From an uncultured Deinococcales bacterium (GTDB lineage: Bacteria; Deinococcota; Deinococci; Deinococcales; JAAFIG01), in assembly GCA_964244895.1 (NCBI GenBank), contig CAXTKV010000077.1, positions 1-21,358 on the forward strand: a stretch of DNA of 21,358 bases, in the 5' to 3' direction. A program made the translations under genes and the position numbers. Below, in pieces: positions 1 to 7,330 of the stretch; position 1 is the first letter of the stretch; the number at the start of each line of letters is the position of its first letter. Under the pieces are notes generated by a model that saw nothing but the letters and a program-made list of their open reading frames with translations, did no database searches and was not told the DNA's origin.

Positions 1-1
1 G

Positions 2-241
2 ATTCAGGGCAGCCTCTCGAGCCTGAACAGCCTGACCGGGATTCTGGGGCCGCTGATCGCCACGGCAGCCTTCGGGTATTTCACGTCCGAGGCCGCCCCG
101 ATCAAGATTCCCGGCATCGCGTTCTTTCTGGGTTCCGCCTTCATTGCGGTCGCCCTGCTGATTGCCCTGCGCGCCTTTCGGAACCCCGCGTTCTCGAGAC
201 CCGCCGAACCGATGCCCGCGCCCGTCGGCTCGAGCGACTGA
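2..241 (+). CDS. C-terminal fragment of a TCR/Tet-family MFS transporter (5' end outside window)
   Basis: Frame 2 reads IQGSLSSLNSLTGILGPLIATAAFGYFTSEAAPIKIPGIAFFLGSAFIAVALLIA...GSSD* (TGA 239-241), typical of the last two TM helices of TetA-like exporters. Confidence 0.8.
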   Translation: MQGSLSSLNSLTGILGPLIATAAFGYFTSEAAPIKIPGIAFFLGSAFIAVALLIALRAFRNPAFSRPAEPMPAPVGSSD

Positions 242-243
242 AT

Positions 244-306
244 GAGAACAGCGTCCAGCACGGGTTTCCTGGCATGCTCGAGATTTGCGTGTGGGACGGT
301 GTTTTC
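244..306. repeat. Dispersed hairpin repeat (ACACCGTCCAG family)
   Basis: gagaacagcgtccagcacg ... cgtgtgggacggtgttttc imperfect inverted arms. Confidence 0.75.
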
Positions 307-422
307 GTCGATCTCGAGGGCAGGCTTCTCGAGCGTATGACACCAAATTTGAGTCAGCGTTTCGGCTCGAGATCGAATATCCCACGCGCTTACCCAGAAC
401 TGCTCGAGTTTTCATCAATCTC

Positions 423-474
423 GAGAACACCGTCCTGCACGCATTTCTTGATTCGTGTCCTGAACGGTCTTTTC
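423..474. repeat. Dispersed hairpin repeat (ACACCGTCCAG family)
   Basis: gagaacaccgtcctgcacg ... cgtgtcctgaacggtcttttc; left arm begins in CTCGAG (420-425). Confidence 0.75.
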
Positions 475-648
475 CAAAGCGAAGGACGGCGAATCCGGGT
501 CGATTCACCGTCCCATAAGCGAAGCCCGGCAACCGAGACCGTTAGCGGTACGGCGCTGGAGTTAGAAGATACGCTATCGGTTCGTCAGCTTGCATGAGAT
601 AAACCAGCCATGCCCAACACGGGGCCTTCGATTCTTTCGGGGTCGTAC

Positions 649-1605
649 TCAGGCGCTTTTCTCGAGCCCGGTCGTGATTTCGCGGTAGACGCGGCGCAAG
701 TCGGAATAGAGCTTGCGCTTGTCTTCCGGGCTGCGGCCCGACCAATCGTTGCGTCCGACCAATCGCCGCAGGGCGCTCTCGCCGCCGGGAAGCTCGCGCA
801 GTTGGCGGATCAGGTCGGCCAGGACGGTGTCACCGCTCGGGGCGGGCATCCGCGAGACGTTCGGGCTGGATGCTGCTGCGCCGTTCGATGCTGGGCTCGA
901 GGCTGCGGGACGGGCTTCCGTCGCGGCGGGCTCGAGGTGCGCGGGAGCACGAGTCGGGGCGGGCGTCTCGTCCAGCACGGCCCAGTCCGGCAGGGTCGGC
1001 GTCTCGAGCGGGCGCTTCTTGGCGTCGTCGTAATCCACCCAGACAGATTCCAGGCGGTACAGGTAACGCCCGATGCCGAACTTGACGGCGGCGCGCTTGA
1101 GGGCGTCAGAAACGGCGGCCTTGACGCTGGACGATGACTGCTCGCCCTGCATCGAGCCCTCGCCGACGTCCTCCTTGGAGATGCCAAGGATCGTGAGGCG
1201 GCATTTGGCCTGGACGGTCTGGTGGTCGATGCTGGAATCGGCGGGGTAGACCTCGTAGCTGTCGCTCCAGCCGGTCGGGCCGACCACGGCGTCCAGGCGG
1301 TCCATCACGGCTCGGGCGTCCAGGTAAGCCAGCACCAGCGCGCGGCGTTTGTCCTTGCTGACGACTTGCACCTTCCACTGGACTTCACTGGCTGGGAAGG
1401 GCTTGGCGAGTTCATTGAAAACCCTGGTCTGTTCCATGCTCAGGCGCTCCTTTGTGTCCACGCGTTCGGAGATGCGCTGCTCTAAGCTGCCCACGTCGGG
1501 GAATGGGCAACCGACCCGACCGGGCTTGGCGGGACATTTGAAGTTCGTTTGCAGGCGGCACCAACCGCCGACCGGGCTGAGGTGTGGGCACGTGTTGTCT
1601 GGCAT
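649..1605 (-). CDS. ddrA: Rad52/Rad22-family ssDNA-binding/annealing protein, DdrA-like; alternative in-frame start at 1437
   Basis: LAKPFPASEVQWK, ALVLAYLDARAVMDRLDAVVGPTGWSDSY, KCRLTILGISKEDVGEG, KAAVSDALKRAAVKFGIGRYLY are Rad52/DdrA hallmarks; Pro/Ala linker and helical C-terminal domain; AAGGAG precedes both ATG 1605 and ATG 1437. Confidence 0.85.
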   Translation of the reverse strand: MPDNTCPHLSPVGGWCRLQTNFKCPAKPGRVGCPFPDVGSLEQRISERVDTKERLSMEQTRVFNELAKPFPASEVQWKVQVVSKDKRRALVLAYLDARAVMDRLDAVVGPTGWSDSYEVYPADSSIDHQTVQAKCRLTILGISKEDVGEGSMQGEQSSSSVKAAVSDALKRAAVKFGIGRYLYRLESVWVDYDDAKKRPLETPTLPDWAVLDETPAPTRAPAHLEPAATEARPAASSPASNGAAASSPNVSRMPAPSGDTVLADLIRQLRELPGGESALRRLVGRNDWSGRSPEDKRKLYSDLRRVYREITTGLEKSA

Positions 1606-1652
1606 GTTCGGGACTCCTTCGTGATGTGCGGTGCCGGTCGTGGGGTCAAACC

Positions 1653-1958
1653 TTAGCTGGCTTTGAGGTTCAAGAGTTCGACGACCTGGCGGTCAAAATT
1701 GCGTTGCGCCATCTTGATCGGCGCGACCTGACCGTGTTCCTCGAGGTACGCGCGGGTGGCTTCGAGCCAGGCCTGGGCGAGCTTGCGCTGCGGGTCGGAG
1801 CGGTCGTAGGAGCGCACTAGGCGTGCGACGCGGTATTCGAGTTCTTCGAGCGCGTGGATGCCCTGGGTGTTCTCGAGTTCGATCAGGGCGTTCAGCACCG
1901 TGGTCGGGTGTGCGTGTTGGGCTTTGAGCGTTTTGGCGATCGTCTCGAGAATGCGCAT
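1653..1958 (-). CDS. 101-aa helical hypothetical protein divergent from ddrO, probably co-transcribed with ddrA
   Basis: GGAGGAGACC-ATG at 1958 (MRILETIAKTLKAQHAHPTTVLNALIELEN...); the longer ORF from 2084 overlaps the predicted promoter. Confidence 0.75.
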   Translation of the reverse strand: MRILETIAKTLKAQHAHPTTVLNALIELENTQGIHALEELEYRVARLVRSYDRSDPQRKLAQAWLEATRAYLEEHGQVAPIKMAQRNFDRQVVELLNLKAS

Positions 1959-2058
1959 GGTCTCCTCCGTGTCAGTCAAAGCGGGGTCAGTCGGTACTGC
2001 GTCGGTCACAACCTGCTCGTCTGGTGCGCTCGAATGAAGTACGAATACCTCTTCTTGA

Positions 2059-2075
2059 TTCTGATGGTAACATAA
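2059..2075 (-). promoter_or_regulatory. RDRM-like DdrO operator overlapping the -10 of the leftward promoter
   Basis: Minus strand TTATGTTACCATCAGAA, 17 bp with TT(A/C)(T/C)G-N7-C(A/G)(T/G)AA symmetry as in the Deinococcus RDRM. Confidence 0.8.
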
Positions 2076-2093
2076 TTTCCGCACCTAGTGCAA
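2064..2093 (-). promoter_or_regulatory. Sigma70-type promoter for the 101-aa gene/ddrA unit
   Basis: TTGCAC-18 bp-TACCAT with TG extension on the minus strand. Confidence 0.6.
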
Positions 2094-2106
2094 GTCCGGT
2101 GTCGGA

Positions 2107-2123
2107 TTACGTCTTGACCGTAA
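2107..2123 (+). promoter_or_regulatory. RDRM-like DdrO operator overlapping the -35 of the ddrO promoter
   Basis: TTACGTCTTGACCGTAA, 17 bp with perfect TTACG/CGTAA ends. Confidence 0.85.
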
Positions 2124-2143
2124 CCATATGCTCGTGCTACTCT
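2114..2143 (+). promoter_or_regulatory. ddrO promoter
   Basis: TTGACC-18 bp-TACTCT with TGn extension. Confidence 0.6.
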
Positions 2144-2265
2144 CCGCTTAACGAAGGGGTTTTCGGCTTCCGGCGTCCCATAAACGCCCTGCCCGACGGC
2201 CTCGCTCGAGGCGGGAAAGAAAAAAACCCGTCACGGAGCGCGAAAAACGCTCAAAGGAGGCAAGA

Positions 2266-2655
2266 ATGAAGTTACACGAACGACTCCGCGAGCTTCGCCA
2301 GGAGCGCGGGCAACGACTCAAGGATGTCTCCGAGATCGCCGGGATTTCGATCCCCTACCTCTCGGATCTCGAGCGCGGACGCACCAACCCGAGCCTGGAA
2401 ACCCTCCAGACGCTCGCTGGCGCGTACGGCATCAGCGTCCACGACCTCCTGGAACCCGTCGAGTTCTACGGCGAGCAGACCGAATCCGCCCTCCCGAAGG
2501 GATTGGCGGAACTGGTGGCCGACCCGGTTCTGGGCGCGCAGATTTCTGGCGATTGGGTCAACAGCCTCTCGCGCATCGAGTTGCGCGGCAAGCGTCCCCA
2601 GACCAAAGAGGACTGGTACGACATCTACCGCAACCTCAAGCGCATCCTCGAGTAA
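2266..2655 (+). CDS. ddrO: XRE-family repressor DdrO
   Basis: [15 protein letters not shown]...[25 protein letters not shown] and C-terminal [11 protein letters not shown] (IrrE cleavage region ELRGKR); 129 aa; GGAGG RBS. Confidence 0.95.
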   Translation: MKLHERLRELRQERGQRLKDVSEIAGISIPYLSDLERGRTNPSLETLQTLAGAYGISVHDLLEPVEFYGEQTESALPKGLAELVADPVLGAQISGDWVNSLSRIELRGKRPQTKEDWYDIYRNLKRILE

Positions 2656-2676
2656 GACACGCGTCTCTCACAATCG

Positions 2677-2702
2677 GCGGCGAGCATCCCTCGCCGCTTT
2701 TT
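2677..2702 (+). terminator. Intrinsic terminator after ddrO
   Basis: GCGGCGAG-catcc-CTCGCCGC followed by TTTTT. Confidence 0.75.
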
Positions 2703-2718
2703 CATTCCTCAAACACAA

Positions 2719-2771
2719 GAGTACGGCCCTGGACGCAGCCTGAAGAACGCGTGCCGGACGGTGTTCTCGAG
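2719..2771. repeat. Dispersed hairpin repeat (ACACCGTCCAG family), degenerate left arm
   Basis: Right arm cgcgtgccggacggtgttCTCGAG; left arm gagtacggccctggacgc is weak. Confidence 0.65.
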
Positions 2772-2788
2772 ACTCACGAGAGGTTGCG

Positions 2789-3154
2789 ATGGGCACAAAA
2801 GCTTCAAACGATGCGCTCAGCCAACTCCGCGCAAGCTGCCTGGTGCTGCCCGAAGCCGCAGAAACCCTGACCTGGGGAGAACCCGTCTTCCGTGTGCGGA
2901 ACAAGATTTTCGCCATGCACCGAACCGACGACGGGCGCGAATCCTTGTGGTGTAAGGCTCCGGTCGGCGCTCAAGAAGACCTGATCCGAGCCGATCCGAA
3001 ACGGTTCTTCAGGCCCCCCTACGTCGGGCCGAAAGGCTGGGTCGGCGTCAAGCTGGACGGGAAACCCGACTGGAATCTGGTCGCGTACCTGATCGAACAG
3101 AGTTACATGCTGATCGCGCCGAAGAAATTGGTCGCCATGCTCGAGCGGGACTGA
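2789..3154 (+). CDS. MmcQ/YjbR-family DNA-binding protein
   Basis: CLVLPEAAETLTWGEPVFRVRNKIFAM ... RFFRPPYVGPKGWVGVKL ... LIEQSYMLIAPKKL; GAGG RBS. Confidence 0.9.
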   Translation: MGTKASNDALSQLRASCLVLPEAAETLTWGEPVFRVRNKIFAMHRTDDGRESLWCKAPVGAQEDLIRADPKRFFRPPYVGPKGWVGVKLDGKPDWNLVAYLIEQSYMLIAPKKLVAMLERD

Positions 3155-3157
3155 TCC

Positions 3158-3209
3158 GAGAACACTGTCCTGGACGCGTTCCATAATACGTGTGCTGGAC
3201 GGTGTTCTT
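3158..3209. repeat. Dispersed hairpin repeat (ACACCGTCCAG family)
   Basis: gagaacactgtcctggacgcg ... cgtgtgctggacggtgttct. Confidence 0.8.
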
Positions 3210-3293
3210 GGAAATCTCGAGCGACCCAGAATCAGCTTTAAATCCCGTCCAGAACGCGTCACTTTGACTTTTCAAGCCTGATCCCTGAGACTG

Positions 3294-4040
3294 TTGCCCG
3301 TGGTTCTGAGCGAACACAAAACCCGCGTCCGCGAACTCGCCGCGAGCTTCTCTGCGGCGCATCCTGGGCGCGAACCGTCCGACCTGGCCGATGCGATCGG
3401 CGCGAGGCTCGAGTACGGCGATATCGGCGACAAGGACGGGATGTACGACCCGTCAAAGAACGTCGTGCTGCTCTCAAAATCCAGCGGCATGGAACGCCAG
3501 CGGTTCACGATGGCGCACGAGATCACGCACGCGCTGATCCTGAGCGACGACGATTTACTGTCTGACCTGCACGATGCCTACGAGGGCGACGATCTCGAGG
3601 AAGCCATCGAGGTCTTGTGCAACGTCGGCGCGAGCGCGATCCTGGTGCCGGAAACGGAATTGGCGTTGACCTTAGAGCGCTACGGGCGCGGCGCGAAAGT
3701 CATTCCCCGCATCGCGCAGACCTACGGCATTTCCAAGCCCGCCGCCTGCGTCACCCTGGCGCAACACCTCGAGACGCGCGCCATCGTCAGCGTGCTGCGC
3801 GCCAAGGGCAGGAGCAAGAAACGGCTCGAGGTCGAGTTCGCCGCCAAGACCGACTCGATGAAATACCCGCTCAAACCCGGCACCGTCATCCCCGAGGATC
3901 ACACCGCCTACGAAGCCCTCGAGACGGGCATCCCGACGGACGGCAAGGCCTACATTCCATTCCGGTCGGGCAAACGCATGCCCGCCAGCGTGGATGCCTT
4001 CCCGGAAGCGGGCACGGTCTACGCGGTCTTCACGGTCTAA
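3294..4040 (+). CDS. irrE: IrrE/PprI metallopeptidase (ImmA/IrrE family); start uncertain
   Basis: DGMYDP...RQRFTMAHEITHALIL-DDDLLSDLHDAYEGDDLEEAIEVLCNVGASAILVP (HExxH), HTH segment, C-terminal GAF-like part with YIPFRSGKRMPA. Confidence 0.92.
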   Translation: MPVVLSEHKTRVRELAASFSAAHPGREPSDLADAIGARLEYGDIGDKDGMYDPSKNVVLLSKSSGMERQRFTMAHEITHALILSDDDLLSDLHDAYEGDDLEEAIEVLCNVGASAILVPETELALTLERYGRGAKVIPRIAQTYGISKPAACVTLAQHLETRAIVSVLRAKGRSKKRLEVEFAAKTDSMKYPLKPGTVIPEDHTAYEALETGIPTDGKAYIPFRSGKRMPASVDAFPEAGTVYAVFTV

Positions 4041-4136
4041 CCCGATCTCGAGGGCACGATTTTTGAGGGCGAGTCTCGGGCGCAGGTTAAGCTCGAAGCC
4101 CCACAACTCGAGCTTCCCAGGACAAGGAGCGCCATT

Positions 4137-4631
4137 GTGACCACGCCGCCGCGAAACCACAAGCAGATCGCCATCGTCGTGCGCGATCTCGAGAAAGCCC
4201 TGGAGCATTACGTCAACGCGCTCGGCATCGGGCCGTGGGACGTGCGACGATTCACGCCGCAGACCGTGCGCGAGTTTCACGTCTACGGCCAGCGCGTCAC
4301 CGAAGATTTCGAGTTCGTGATCGCCGTCTGCTGGGAAGGCGAGCTGGAATGGGAATTGATCCAGCCGGTGCGCGGCCCGAACATCTACTGGCGTCACCTC
4401 GAAGTTCACGGCGAAGGATTGCACCACGTCAAGGAAATCGTGCCCGACGAACGCATCCCGCGCGTCCTGGCGGATTTCAGGGCGAAAGGTTGCGAGGTTC
4501 TGCAGACCGGCTGGATCGACGGCGACGTTCATTACTACATCGATACTGAAAAGCTGCTCGGCTTCGTCTACGAGATCGGCAACGGCGGCCCGATCGGCCC
4601 CGCAGAGCGGCGCTACCCCCCAGACGTTTGA
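4137..4631 (+). CDS. VOC/glyoxalase family protein (methylmalonyl-CoA epimerase-like)
   Basis: QIAIVVRDLEKA, ELIQPVRGPNIY, HGEGLHHV, YYIDTEKLLGFVYEI; AAGGAG RBS before GTG. Confidence 0.85.
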   Translation: MTTPPRNHKQIAIVVRDLEKALEHYVNALGIGPWDVRRFTPQTVREFHVYGQRVTEDFEFVIAVCWEGELEWELIQPVRGPNIYWRHLEVHGEGLHHVKEIVPDERIPRVLADFRAKGCEVLQTGWIDGDVHYYIDTEKLLGFVYEIGNGGPIGPAERRYPPDV

Positions 4632-4643
4632 TCTCGGCAACTC

Positions 4644-4697
4644 GAGAACACCGTCTGAGCGAATATCGCCAGAATACCGTCTGGGACGGTGTTTTTC
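4644..4697. repeat. Dispersed hairpin repeat (ACACCGTCCAG family), two left arms and one right arm
   Basis: CTCgagaacaccgtctg ... agaataccgtctgggacggtgtttttc. Confidence 0.75.
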
Positions 4698-4959
4698 GCA
4701 TATTCCCCGAAAGTCTGTCGCTCGTGGGATACGCGCTCGATGACGGCGCACTGTTCATGTCGAGGCGGGTCTTTGATCCACCCTCGAGACGAATCGGTGG
4801 CGCACGAACGATCCGATGGAGCCGCGCGTGTACGACCTTGGATACTCGAACATCCCGGTGTCTCGAGCTCGTCCCTTCTCGAGATACGGGTTTTGAAGGT
4901 CGTGTCGCCGTGTATTTTCCAGATCGAATCCCGGCGTGATGCGCGGCGTAACCTGAACC

Positions 4960-5970
4960 ATGGACGCGTCGCCAGAGATCACCGCAGTTCAACTCAAGGC
5001 TGAACCGAACATCGCCTCGAGCCCCCGAGCCAACATTCCGCAGGCCGCCACCATCGACAACGACCTCGGCATCGGGCGGGTCGCGGCGGAAGCGACCTCG
5101 AGATTCCTCAAACCCGACGGCAGCTTCGTCTCAAAACGCGAGGGGCTGGGCGCGCTCTCGAGCCTGAACCCGTACTACTGGCTGCTCAAGATTTCGTGGC
5201 CCGCGTTCTTTGCGCTGGCGGCGGGCGCGTTTCTGGGATTGAACCTGGTATTCGCCGGATTGTACTTTTTGTGCGGCTCGGACGCGCTGGTGGCGACCGT
5301 CGAAAGTCCAGCCTTGAAGAACCCTTTCTGGCGCGCGTTCTTTTTCAGCATCGAGACGCTCTCGACCATCGGTTACGGGCACATCGTGCCGTTCAGTCTG
5401 ATCGCGCACGCCCTTTCGGCGGTGCAGGCGTTCACGGGTTTGCTCGGCGCGGCGCTCGCGACGGGGTTGGTCTACGCCAGGTTCTCCAGGCCGCGCACCC
5501 GCATCTTGTTCAGCCGCAACGCCTTGGTCGCGCCCTTCCAGGACGGTTGGGCGGTGATGTTTCGCATCATCAACGGTCAACGTTCCGAGATCATCGAACT
5601 CGACGCGCAAGTCACGCTCTCGAGATTCGAGACGATCGATAGCAAGCGAACGCGGCGGTTTTACCAGCTCGCCCTCGAGCGCAATCACGTCGCCCTGTTC
5701 CCGCTCGCCTGGACGCTGGTGCATCCGATCCAGGAATCCAGCCCGTTCTGGGGTGTGACCGAACAGCAACTGCTGGAGTCCGAAGCTGAAATTCTGGTGT
5801 CGTTGCACGGCATGGACGACGTGCTGTTCCAGCGCGTCCACGCGCGCGGTTCGTTCAAGGCCGGGGATTTCGTCTGGCAAGCCAAGTTCGCCGACATGTA
5901 CCTGCGCGACCGTCCGGGCGTGGTCGCCGTGGATGCGTCGAAGCTCAGCTTGTTCGAGCCAGTGCTCTGA
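4960..5970 (+). CDS. Inward-rectifier potassium channel (KirBac-like)
   Basis: Two TM helices around AFFFSIETLSTIGYG selectivity filter; ARFSRP, LFPLAWTLVHPIQESSPFWG cytoplasmic Kir domain. Confidence 0.92.
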   Translation: MDASPEITAVQLKAEPNIASSPRANIPQAATIDNDLGIGRVAAEATSRFLKPDGSFVSKREGLGALSSLNPYYWLLKISWPAFFALAAGAFLGLNLVFAGLYFLCGSDALVATVESPALKNPFWRAFFFSIETLSTIGYGHIVPFSLIAHALSAVQAFTGLLGAALATGLVYARFSRPRTRILFSRNALVAPFQDGWAVMFRIINGQRSEIIELDAQVTLSRFETIDSKRTRRFYQLALERNHVALFPLAWTLVHPIQESSPFWGVTEQQLLESEAEILVSLHGMDDVLFQRVHARGSFKAGDFVWQAKFADMYLRDRPGVVAVDASKLSLFEPVL

Positions 5971-5991
5971 TTTCAGGGATCTAAACTTGCG

Positions 5992-6107
5992 GAACACGAT
6001 GCTGGACAGTGCCTTTCAATACCGTGGTGAACGGTGTTCTCGGGTGCTGGATCATCCTGACGTGACGGTTTTCTCCCAAGATGGCATCGTGAAAGCCGTC
6101 CAGAAAG
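5992..6107. repeat. Cluster of degenerate ACACCGTCCAG-family arms
   Basis: tgctggacagtg, gaacggtgttctc, gacggttttctc, gaaagccgtccagaa. Confidence 0.55.
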
Positions 6108-6109
6108 AC

Positions 6110-6139
6110 TTGAAGCGTTTGTACAAACGCCGTTATAAT
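6110..6139 (+). promoter_or_regulatory. TA operon promoter with perfect 16-bp palindromic operator
   Basis: TTGAAG-18 bp-TATAAT; GCGTTTGTACAAACGC (6115-6130) fills the spacer. Confidence 0.8.
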
Positions 6140-6148
6140 AAAGCAGTC

Positions 6149-6391
6149 GTGAAACGAACCCTGATCACCATCGGCAACAGCATCGCCGTCACCATACCCA
6201 GAGAATACTTGGATCGTCACGGCCTGCACGTCGGCGACACCGTGGAACTCGAGGTCACGGAGCGCGGCATCAACATCAAACCGGAGCGGGTGCTGGATGC
6301 GGACTTCGAACGCGCCTTCCGAGCGGTGGCCCGCCGTTACCGTGGAACGCTCTCTCGGTTGGCGGAGCGCGATCGCCTGAAGAAGCCGTGA
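6149..6391 (+). CDS. AbrB/MazE/SpoVT-family antitoxin
   Basis: GTG start; MKRTLITIGNSIAVTIPREYLDRHGLHVGDTVELEV...YRGTLSRLA; 80 aa; GTGA overlap with the toxin. Confidence 0.88.
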   Translation: MKRTLITIGNSIAVTIPREYLDRHGLHVGDTVELEVTERGINIKPERVLDADFERAFRAVARRYRGTLSRLAERDRLKKP

Positions 6392-6756
6392 ACCGCGAAA
6401 CGATCCGCTGGTTGACCCTCGAAGAGATCACGATGATGCACGACGTGATCCTCAAATTAGACGGTGGTAGACGCGGTATTCGCAAACCCGACGCGCTTTC
6501 GGCGGCGCTCGAACGCCCTCGGGTCGAGCGCGTCAGCGTCAGCCTGTTCCGGCAGGCTGCAGCCTACTGTTATGACATTGTTCGTACAAAGCCGTTCATC
6601 GATGGCAACAAGCGCACGGGCATGATGGCCGCCCTGACCTTTTTGGAATTGAACGACCGCTGGCCCTCGCTGGACGAGGATGCCGCCTTCGAGCTGAGCC
6701 TGATGCTCGAGCGTGGCCGGCTGTCCGAAGATGATCTGGCTGCGTACTTTCGCTAA
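6388..6756 (+). CDS. doc: Doc (death-on-curing, Fido) family toxin with atypical active-site motif
   Basis: WLTLEEITMMHD...GG..GIR...ALERP, AAAY, KPFIDGNKRTG...FLELN. Confidence 0.85.
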   Translation: MNRETIRWLTLEEITMMHDVILKLDGGRRGIRKPDALSAALERPRVERVSVSLFRQAAAYCYDIVRTKPFIDGNKRTGMMAALTFLELNDRWPSLDEDAAFELSLMLERGRLSEDDLAAYFR

Positions 6757-7125
6757 CGATTTGGCGGTTGTAATTGAAGGTTTAACGGCGTTTGTACGGA
6801 TGTATCTAACTTGTCCTGGACAGTATTTCTGGCATTCAACCTCTCCATTCGAGAAAGCCCCGATTGTCCTTCTCGAGCCTCGAGGCAGACTTGGCCGACG
6901 TTACCTGGCGCCTCAGGTCGAGCGATTGAACCCGTGACAGCCGGGGCGCCGGAATCAGCTTGGCTCGAGGTTTTCGCAAGCATCCGGTATTTCTGGTTGA
7001 GCAATCGCCCAGAAATATTTCATCTCGAGTTGCCGATGCGAATCTTGCGGATCGGTCTACATGCTGTCGTGGACGCCACGAATTCATTTCAGTTTTCCTG
7101 CGACTCGAACGCGTGTGCGAAAAAC

Positions 7126-7155
7126 TTGCGTTTACGAGGGGAAGTTTGCTATATT
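7126..7155 (+). promoter_or_regulatory. Promoter for the histone H1-like gene and its leader
   Basis: TTGCGT-18 bp-TATATT with TGn extension. Confidence 0.55.
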
Positions 7156-7330
7156 CAACCTCGAAGGTGCTCAAATTCATGGCGAAAACCCAGCGTCCCA
7201 CTCGAGCGCAAGACACCTCGAGCCTGGGGCGCGACTCGTTTATGGCCTCGCGTCACGATTTCGTGCGCGCGGTTTTTGTCTCGCACTTTTCGCCAGCTCT
7301 TGAGACCACCTCAGAAGGGAGGTGAGTATT

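Noticed and set aside
274..597. 107-aa plus-strand ORF
   Set aside because: Runs through two repeat copies; no RBS or recognisable motif.
1959..2084. N-terminal extension of the 143-aa ORF
   Set aside because: Overlaps the predicted promoter and operator; strong SD supports ATG 1958.
4628..4939. 103-aa ORF between VOC and Kir genes
   Set aside because: Starts in repeat DNA; no family features.
5933..6148. Long N-terminus on the antitoxin ORF
   Set aside because: Spans repeats and the promoter; AbrB domain begins at GTG 6149.
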